NCBI GenBank assembly: GCA_023409735.1
Contig: JAEYRB010000063.1
Coordinates: 67,307-131,306, forward strand
Length of the DNA: 64,000 nt
Source: Bacillota bacterium
Lineage (GTDB): Bacteria; Bacillota; Clostridia; Acetivibrionales; DTU013
Direction of reading: 5' to 3'
The position numbers and the translations under genes are program-made. Below, piece by piece: positions 57,705 to 64,000 of the stretch. The notes under the pieces were generated by a model. That model did no database searches. It was not told the origin of the DNA and saw only the letters and a program-made list of their open reading frames with translations. Every line of letters starts with the position of its first letter. The first letter of the stretch is position 1.

Positions 57705-59726
57705 ATGGATAGTTTATTCAGAATTGAAGAAAATGGTCTGCGCCTTGTTAGAGAATGTAATTACGAGATTCTATGGATCGAGCCATGGGGAGAAAATGGC
57801 CTGCGAGTCCGGGCTGCTAAGCAGGCGCAAATTGCACAGGAGGATTGGGCCTTACTTAAGCAAAAAGAATGTAGTGCAGCTAGGGCTGTAATTGCAGAGG
57901 ACGGGCTTTCTGCTACTGTAAGTAATGGTAGGATCAAGGCTGAGATATCAGCAGCGGGCAAAATAGCATTTTACAACAGTAAGGGTAAGCTGCTTCTTGA
58001 GGAGTATGTTAGAAGCAGGAGCAATCTTAAGGAATTTGTTAGCGCACTTTGCATTGATCCGAGAGAATACTCGCCGATACAGGGAACAGGTGATTATAGG
58101 CTGACAGTCAGGTTTGAACCAAATGAAGGTGAAAAGATATTCGGGATGGGGCAGTATCAACAGCCATACCTGGATCTGAAGGGCTGCTCTCTTGAGCTTG
58201 CACATAGAAACTCACAGGCCAGTGTTCCTTTTGCACTATCCAGCAATGGCTATGGCTTCCTATGGAACAATCCTGCTATAGGCTCAGTGACCTTCGGTAA
58301 AAATATTACACAGTGGTATGCGGCCTCGTCCAAACAGATAGACTACTGGATCACGGCAGGTGACACTCCGGCTGAAATTGAAGAGGCATACGCAGGTGTT
58401 ACAGGAACTGTGCCCATGATGCCTGATTATGCTATGGGCTTCTGGCAATGCAAGCTGCGCTACCAGACACAAGAGGAGCTTCTGGAGGTAGCTAGGGAAT
58501 ATAAGAGAAGAGAGCTGCCTATATCGGTAATCGTTATTGATTTCTTTCACTGGACTAAGCAGGGTGAGTGGAAATTTGACCCTGAGTACTGGCCTGATCC
58601 GGAGGCTATGGTCAGGGAGCTTAAGGAAATGGGTATTGAGCTTATGGTATCGATATGGCCTACAGTAGACAAGACCAGTGAAAACTTTGAAGAAATGGCT
58701 CGAAAGGGATATCTGGTGAGGTTTGACAGGGGAAATTCCATTGTTATGGATTGGATGGGTAATACAATGTTCTATGACGCCACGAACCCTGGCGCAAGAG
58801 AATACTTGTGGAAAATAGCAAAGAAAAATTATTATGATAAAGGTATAAAGATATTCTGGCTTGATGAGGCTGAGCCTGAGTATTCGGAATATGAGTTTGA
58901 CAATTACAGGTACCATGCCGGTCCTGCGCTTCAGGTAAGCAATATTTATCCTGTTATGTATGCAAAGACTTTTTTTGAAGGAATGTCAGCAGAGGGACAG
59001 GAAAACATAATAAATCTTTTACGCTGCGCATGGGCAGGAAGTCAGCGCTATGGCGCACTTGTGTGGTCAGGTGATATTCACTCAAGCTTCAGGTCACTCA
59101 GAAATCAGTTGAGAGCAGGACTTAACATGGGTATTGCAGGAATCCCGTGGTGGACTACTGATATTGGGGGCTTTCATAGCGGCGACATCCGGGATCCCAA
59201 ATTTCACGAGTGCATAATCAGGTGGTTCCAGTATGGCGTTTTCTGCCCGGTATTCAGACTGCATGGCGATCGTGAACCACATTCTGAACCTCTTGGTACA
59301 ACGGGAGGCGGAAAGTTCGGAAGCGGTGCAGCTAACGAGGTTTGGAGCTATGGAGAACAGGCATATGAGATATTTACAAAATACATGTTTATGAGGGAGA
59401 GACTTCGCCCATATATCACAGGGCTTATGAAGGCTGCACATGAAAAGGGTACTCCGGTGATGAGACCATTATTCTATGATTTCCCACAGGATGTCAAGGC
59501 ATGGGATATTGATGACCAATATATGTTTGGACCTGATATACTTGTGGCACCTGTGCTTTATGAGGACACAAGGAAGAGAAGCGTTTACCTGCCTGAAGGC
59601 GCACAATGGGAGAATGCAGCAACAGGTCAGCGTTTTACAGGTGGACAGAGTGTGGAATGTGACGCACCTATTGATGTTATACCACTGTTCCTAAGGGATG
59701 GTGCCGTACTGCCGATTTATAAATAG
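57705..59726 (+). CDS. glycoside hydrolase family 31 (alpha-xylosidase/alpha-glucosidase-like)
   Basis: The RBS is AAGAGG. It contains KFDPEYWPDPEAMVRELKEMGIELMVSIWP, IKIFWLDEAEPE, LVWSGDIHSSF and IPWWTTDIGGF. Confidence 0.9.
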   Translation: MDSLFRIEENGLRLVRECNYEILWIEPWGENGLRVRAAKQAQIAQEDWALLKQKECSAARAVIAEDGLSATVSNGRIKAEISAAGKIAFYNSKGKLLLEEYVRSRSNLKEFVSALCIDPREYSPIQGTGDYRLTVRFEPNEGEKIFGMGQYQQPYLDLKGCSLELAHRNSQASVPFALSSNGYGFLWNNPAIGSVTFGKNITQWYAASSKQIDYWITAGDTPAEIEEAYAGVTGTVPMMPDYAMGFWQCKLRYQTQEELLEVAREYKRRELPISVIVIDFFHWTKQGEWKFDPEYWPDPEAMVRELKEMGIELMVSIWPTVDKTSENFEEMARKGYLVRFDRGNSIVMDWMGNTMFYDATNPGAREYLWKIAKKNYYDKGIKIFWLDEAEPEYSEYEFDNYRYHAGPALQVSNIYPVMYAKTFFEGMSAEGQENIINLLRCAWAGSQRYGALVWSGDIHSSFRSLRNQLRAGLNMGIAGIPWWTTDIGGFHSGDIRDPKFHECIIRWFQYGVFCPVFRLHGDREPHSEPLGTTGGGKFGSGAANEVWSYGEQAYEIFTKYMFMRERLRPYITGLMKAAHEKGTPVMRPLFYDFPQDVKAWDIDDQYMFGPDILVAPVLYEDTRKRSVYLPEGAQWENAATGQRFTGGQSVECDAPIDVIPLFLRDGAVLPIYK

Positions 59727-59895
59727 CTGCTGCAAGGCCGGCAAATAAAGCAAATGGCTAAAATAAATGCTTTACTTGTTTGCTATAAATTATAACTTAA
59801 AGCCAAAATAAACGGTTGTTTAAAGTAAACGCCTTTGTTTGTCACTATAAATAACAGCTGTAAAGCCACTGAAAGCTAAAGCCCTAATATAATAG

Positions 59896-59958
59896 CCTCC
59901 GGCTTGATGAATGTGTAAAAGGAAAAAAGTATTTGCATTCATTATGCCGGAGGTTTAT
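59896..59958 (+). terminator. long imperfect hairpin terminator after the GH31 gene
   Basis: CCTCCGGC (59896-903) pairs with GCCGGAGG (59946-53), and the inner ATGAATG pairs with CATTCAT. It is followed by TTTATT. Confidence 0.6.
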
Positions 59959-60088
59959 TCTATTATCATTGATGCTGCTTCAAGGATTAAACCCGGGATT
60001 TTCGGATAGATCTTTTATATATTGTGTTGCCTGAAGGGCACAGCTTTTACTATACCTGCTGCATAAGCCACACACATGGAGAACTGCT

Positions 60089-61231
60089 ATGGAGACTAGA
60101 ACATTGGCATCTTTACCGGATGCCGGAGGTAAGCTGCTTTCATTAATAAAAAAGGATATTGTCTTTACGGCTTCGGCTGTGCTTGCCATAGCCAGCTGTT
60201 TTATTGCAGCCCCTAAAATTGAGTATATAGATTTCAAGGTTCTGGCCTGCCTGTTCAACATAATGATAATTGTCAAGGCCTTTGAGAAGCTGCACCTTTT
60301 GGAAAAGGTATCTGTAAGCATACTAAACAGCTGCTCCGGCAGCAGGATGGTATCACTTGTACTCATACTCCTGAGCTTTTTCAGCTCAATGATATTTACG
60401 AACGATGTGGCGCTTTTGACGCTTGTGCCATTGTCTATAGTTATCGGTAGGAAATCAGACCTTGATATTATGCCTATCGTTATAATGCAGACATTGGCCG
60501 CGAATATAGGCAGCAGCCTTACTCCTATGGGTAATCCGCAGAATCTTTATCTTTTTTCCACTTATGATCTGCATGCACTTCAATTCTTTACAACTGTAGG
60601 AGCATTTGCCGTGACGGGGCTTATATGGCTTCTGTTTCTCAACAGGAAAAATCCAGAAACAAGACTGGAAATTTCTCTTGATCCGGTAAAAATTGCAGAC
60701 AAGAGGCTGGCGATCTTCTGGGGCGTAATTTTTCTTGTAATTGTGATGTCCGTATTTGGCATTGTTGATTATAAAATAGCATTTCTACTTACGGCTGTAT
60801 CAGCGCTGATTGTCGATCGAAGACTGCTTCTGAAGGCAGATTACCCTCTGCTTCTCACTTTTATCTGTTTCTTCATATTCATTGGCAATGTTTCGCATAT
60901 ACCAGCTGTCAACAGTATCATGAAGGGACTTCTAAGCAGCGGCTCTTCGGCATACTTCAGTTCAATACTGCTAAGTCAGGTAATAAGCAATGTACCTAGC
61001 GCAATACTGCTCTCCGGTTTCACATCCTACTGGCGTGAGCTACTACTGGGAGTAAATGTAGGTGGAATGGGTACAATTATTGCGTCATTGGCAAGCGTGA
61101 TATCGTACAAGCTCTATATTGGAGAAAAGCCTGAAAACTCAGGTAAATACATGCTCAAATTCAGCATATATAATTTTGTAAGTCTTGCATTGTTTACTGC
61201 TCTTAATTATATCCTGCTAAGATTATTCTAA
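60089..61231 (+). CDS. ArsB/NhaD-superfamily anion permease (YbiR-like)
   Basis: It is a polytopic 380-aa protein. LAANIGSSLTPMGNPQNLYLFS is the characteristic GNPQN motif of this permease family. Confidence 0.75.
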   Translation: METRTLASLPDAGGKLLSLIKKDIVFTASAVLAIASCFIAAPKIEYIDFKVLACLFNIMIIVKAFEKLHLLEKVSVSILNSCSGSRMVSLVLILLSFFSSMIFTNDVALLTLVPLSIVIGRKSDLDIMPIVIMQTLAANIGSSLTPMGNPQNLYLFSTYDLHALQFFTTVGAFAVTGLIWLLFLNRKNPETRLEISLDPVKIADKRLAIFWGVIFLVIVMSVFGIVDYKIAFLLTAVSALIVDRRLLLKADYPLLLTFICFFIFIGNVSHIPAVNSIMKGLLSSGSSAYFSSILLSQVISNVPSAILLSGFTSYWRELLLGVNVGGMGTIIASLASVISYKLYIGEKPENSGKYMLKFSIYNFVSLALFTALNYILLRLF

Positions 61232-61303
61232 TTTGACGGTCCTTACATGTAAAATTCACTAACCTAAAAATCAAAAAAATAAAAAATAATGGTCAGTTAT
61301 TCT

Positions 61304-61345
61304 AAAGGTGAAATGATGGCATGATGATCTTTGCACCTTTTTTTT
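61304..61345 (+). terminator. terminator after the YbiR-like gene
   Basis: AAAGGTG (61304-10) pairs with CACCTTT (61334-40) across a 23-nt loop, followed by a run of T. Confidence 0.5.
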
Positions 61346-61679
61346 GTACACGCCCTGCGATGCTTAGCAGGGTGGAGGATAATTATTGCATAAGATTAGG
61401 TCATAGGAAGGCAGTAATGTACTGTACGACTCCGAAAAGTGAGAGGCAATTCTTAATAATTCAGTATTCTTAAAATTAAAACCGAAGAAGGATTTAAGTG
61501 ATAATAGTCTATTTGCACATGTTAAATATATAACAAATATGGGAAAATATAAAAAGCTATATTGACTAAAAAATATAAAAGCGTAAAATAAAATGTAATA
61601 AATGACTAAAAATGGAACTAATGAAAAACAAAGCGAAACATCACGCTCAGGTGAAATAAATTTTACAGGACGTAAAACA

Positions 61680-64000
61680 ATGAGACCATATCTATCAGTT
61701 AAATCACTATTGCGTACCCCGTTTAAAACGTTTCTTACCCTCATATTGCTTACCGCAGTGACATTTGCGCTCTTTTCCCGCATTTCAGAATATACAATAA
61801 CTAACCGGGAGATCAATAATGCAGCTAAAGAATACTGCGGTGTAGGTTCTGCAGAGATCGCTCCGGCTTCGGAATCGTATACCGGTTTTCCTTTCTATAT
61901 ATATGCAGATCCACGCATGTCACAGGATTTTTCTGAAGAAAAAAGGGAGTACTACCTTGATAGTTTTCGATATAGACCATTGTCACATGCACAAATTGAT
62001 TCTATACTGGGACTCCCGTATATAACATCTTCAAACATATGTTACATGACAGCTGGAATATCTGACAAGTATTACCGTATAGATGAGGGAGAAGATTATT
62101 ATAACTATACAACGCGTTATATTGTTGAGGGCACATTATCAGAAGTTAATTACAACATATTATATGCCAGATCAAATAATGACGAATTAACACTAACAGA
62201 TTGTACTCTTCTGGCAGGGGATCCTTCTTATTTACCCAAAAATAAAAAAATAACGTTTCATAACTATCCTAAAGATGTAAGTTCCTTTGGTAACGGTTCT
62301 AGAGCTTTAATAACGTATGATGATAACTATAAATATGACACAGATTACATAAAGAACCTTACTATAGGCAGCCGATATGTATTTGTCGGTCGGTTTGAAC
62401 CGCTGGGTGATCCAATACGGTTTTTTCTCAGCGACCAGCTGACAAACCCATGGTGTGAAGCTATCAAGCCAATCGAAGGCCAGCCTGAAAACTATCTTGA
62501 AGGTAATCAGTTTTCGTCACTCCGTGAACTTATAGAACTGACAGATTCTGATCTGCATACGTTTGATGTTGTTTATACAGATGATATATCCTCCATAATG
62601 AGGTTTGCGGAAGGTGATATGGCAGTAACGAGTGGACGCGGACTGACTAAGGAAGATAGCATTAACAAATCAAATGTATGTGTAGTAAGCGGTGATTTTG
62701 CTTCGCAAAACAAGCTTGATTTAGGTGACAAGATTACTCTAGGGCTTGGCGATCAGCTGTTTGAGCAATATAAGGGGCTTGGAGCAGTTGCTGTAACACG
62801 TGAAAGGTACTCGCCGCCTGTTAAGACTGTGGAACTTCAAATTGTCGGAATATATATGGACACCGATGGGCTGAAAAGCCAATCACGAAAGCCGAACTGG
62901 TGCTATTCTATAAATACTGTTTTTGTCCCGAAATCACTTCTCCCGGTGGATGAAGGCAAACTAGAGGAGCATGTATTTTCGCCAAGTGAATTTAGTTTTA
63001 AGGTGGGAAATGCATGGGAGATCACTTCATTTGTTGATAAGGTAATACCTATGATAAAAGAAATGGGACTGACGCCTTTCTTCTATGATGACGGGTGGCC
63101 TGAAATCGTTGAGCAATTTAAAATATCAAAAAAGCTTTCAGTTATAGCAATCATTGCGTTATTCGGAGCGATGGCAGCTGCGATAGGGTTTATTGTTTTT
63201 CTGTTCATAGGAAGAAAGAAAAAAGAGTATGCGATAATGCGGGCACTCGGTACAACTAAAAAAGATTCGGCAGGGGCGCTTATACTTCCGCTTATAGTGT
63301 TAACTGCAACCTCCGTGCTCATTGGAAGCTGTGCGGCTTGGATTTATACTACAAATACTATTGCTCAAAATGATACTCTTTCGAAAATAGAAAGCTATGC
63401 AGTTAATTCATCTGTACCGGTAGTTGCAGCTATTGCATATATGATTGGTGAAATATTTCTTGTGCTTATATTTGCATTAATTGGACTGCGGAGAATAGGA
63501 GCTATCCCCCCACTTATGCTTTTGCAGGATAACCAGAATAAGCAGATGCATAGAAGAGAGCAGGCACATAACAATATGCTGACAAAAAGCAATGGAAAGC
63601 CGGTAGATATTGAAACAATAGTTGATGCAGAATCTTTGGTTCTTATCGAGACGTCAGTAACAAATATGCCGGATGTAAGTAAGCAATTAGCTACTTCTAA
63701 TTATCACATTCATGACGCTTCAGTTCTTAACACTGCTATTTTCAGTGACCCGTACGCCGTACAAAAGATAAATCCACAAAGATCCTGGAAGCAGGTATTT
63801 CGTTACATATCAAAGCACGTACGCAGGTCTGCCGGAAAATCAATCCTTGCAATATTGCTTTCGGCTCTTCTAATCGCAGCTGTTGGTCAGTTTGCCGTCA
63901 TGCGGCAATCCTATGTTGAGTTATGTAACAGCACAGTCATAAAAGCAAAGTTTATAAATGGGCTATCACTTACTAATGTGACACAAATTTTGAAAACCGG
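61680..64000 (+). CDS. large FtsX-domain ABC transporter permease (MacB-like, duplicated module), 3' end beyond window
   Basis: I translated it by hand from ATG 61680 to the window end and found no stop (773 codons). An alternative in-frame ATG lies at 61602. It starts MRPYLSVKSLLRTPFKTFLTLILLTAVTFALF (TM1), then a ~400-aa extracytoplasmic domain. An FtsX block follows (KKLSVIAIIALFGAMAAAIGFIVFLFIGRKKKEYAIMRALGTTKKDS...PPLMLLQ). A second module then begins (KSILAILLSALLIAAVGQFAVMRQ). It is absent from the ORF track because it has no stop codon. Confidence 0.8.
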   Translation, partial: MRPYLSVKSLLRTPFKTFLTLILLTAVTFALFSRISEYTITNREINNAAKEYCGVGSAEIAPASESYTGFPFYIYADPRMSQDFSEEKREYYLDSFRYRPLSHAQIDSILGLPYITSSNICYMTAGISDKYYRIDEGEDYYNYTTRYIVEGTLSEVNYNILYARSNNDELTLTDCTLLAGDPSYLPKNKKITFHNYPKDVSSFGNGSRALITYDDNYKYDTDYIKNLTIGSRYVFVGRFEPLGDPIRFFLSDQLTNPWCEAIKPIEGQPENYLEGNQFSSLRELIELTDSDLHTFDVVYTDDISSIMRFAEGDMAVTSGRGLTKEDSINKSNVCVVSGDFASQNKLDLGDKITLGLGDQLFEQYKGLGAVAVTRERYSPPVKTVELQIVGIYMDTDGLKSQSRKPNWCYSINTVFVPKSLLPVDEGKLEEHVFSPSEFSFKVGNAWEITSFVDKVIPMIKEMGLTPFFYDDGWPEIVEQFKISKKLSVIAIIALFGAMAAAIGFIVFLFIGRKKKEYAIMRALGTTKKDSAGALILPLIVLTATSVLIGSCAAWIYTTNTIAQNDTLSKIESYAVNSSVPVVAAIAYMIGEIFLVLIFALIGLRRIGAIPPLMLLQDNQNKQMHRREQAHNNMLTKSNGKPVDIETIVDAESLVLIETSVTNMPDVSKQLATSNYHIHDASVLNTAIFSDPYAVQKINPQRSWKQVFRYISKHVRRSAGKSILAILLSALLIAAVGQFAVMRQSYVELCNSTVIKAKFINGLSLTNVTQILKT

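Noticed and set aside
58284-58916. 210-aa ORF antisense to the GH31 gene
   Set aside because: The sense frame carries GH31 catalytic motifs. The antisense product is a compositional artefact.
59745-59870. Degenerate ~55-bp direct duplication after the GH31 gene (..AAAATAAA(T/C)G..TTTGTTTG.C.ATAAAT.A..)
   Set aside because: The similarity is patchy in A/T-rich sequence, and I cannot exclude chance without a computed alignment.
59980-60366. 128-aa minus-strand ORF
   Set aside because: It is antisense to the N-terminus of the YbiR-like permease and overlaps that gene's promoter and RBS region. I recognised no similarity.
61364-61816. 150-aa minus-strand ORF
   Set aside because: It lies in an AT-rich upstream region, overlaps the 5' end of the long FtsX permease ORF in antisense, and has no RBS or motif.

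Overview
This is a 64-kb chromosomal window from a low-GC Gram-positive anaerobe. Gene content looks Clostridia-like: adhE, SLH-anchored wall proteins, a T-box-controlled serS, LplABC-type sugar ABC genes and an MCP. I count about 45 protein genes and saw no rRNA, tRNA or CRISPR array. The blocks are as follows. (i) Housekeeping and envelope genes: AlkD-like repair protein, MBL hydrolase, SLH/BsuPI protein, lrgAB, an 858-aa membrane protein with a DUF6273-like C-terminus, Mpg glycosylase, GT8 and YitT. (ii) A co-directional glycoside block: GH8, GH1, GH36, GPH symporter, GH13. (iii) An AT-rich module of two LplB/C-type permeases, a ~545-aa lipoprotein SBP, a PF12831-type FAD oxidoreductase, a GDPD phosphodiesterase and a membrane-anchored AraC regulator, bracketed by two ~75-nt direct repeats. 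(iv) MATE, YxjI-like protein, a polar amino-acid ABC operon, an ABC exporter pair, an AraC/GyrI regulator and SulP. (v) T-box(Ser)-serS, a TM-less MCP, an ECF S-component, XRE, a DmpA-type peptidase, a truncated DegT fragment, an 803-aa SLH protein with five 114-aa repeats, adhE with a consensus promoter and Rex-like boxes, a coiled-coil orphan, SprT-like protein, GH31, a YbiR-like permease, and a >770-aa FtsX-type permease that runs off the window end and is missing from the ORF track. Notable non-genic structure includes a 48-bp x ~4.8 tandem array carrying CACGTG cores, a GGGGACGGTTCC-containing REP-like repeat family beside a decayed IS200/RAYT-like N-terminal fragment, and a MITE-like inverted-repeat element in a 770-bp gene-free gap. 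I found no clear-cut defence or toxin system. The most system-like novelty is the repeat-bracketed ABC/FAD/GDPD/AraC module. All functional calls rest on motif recognition by eye; no searches were run.
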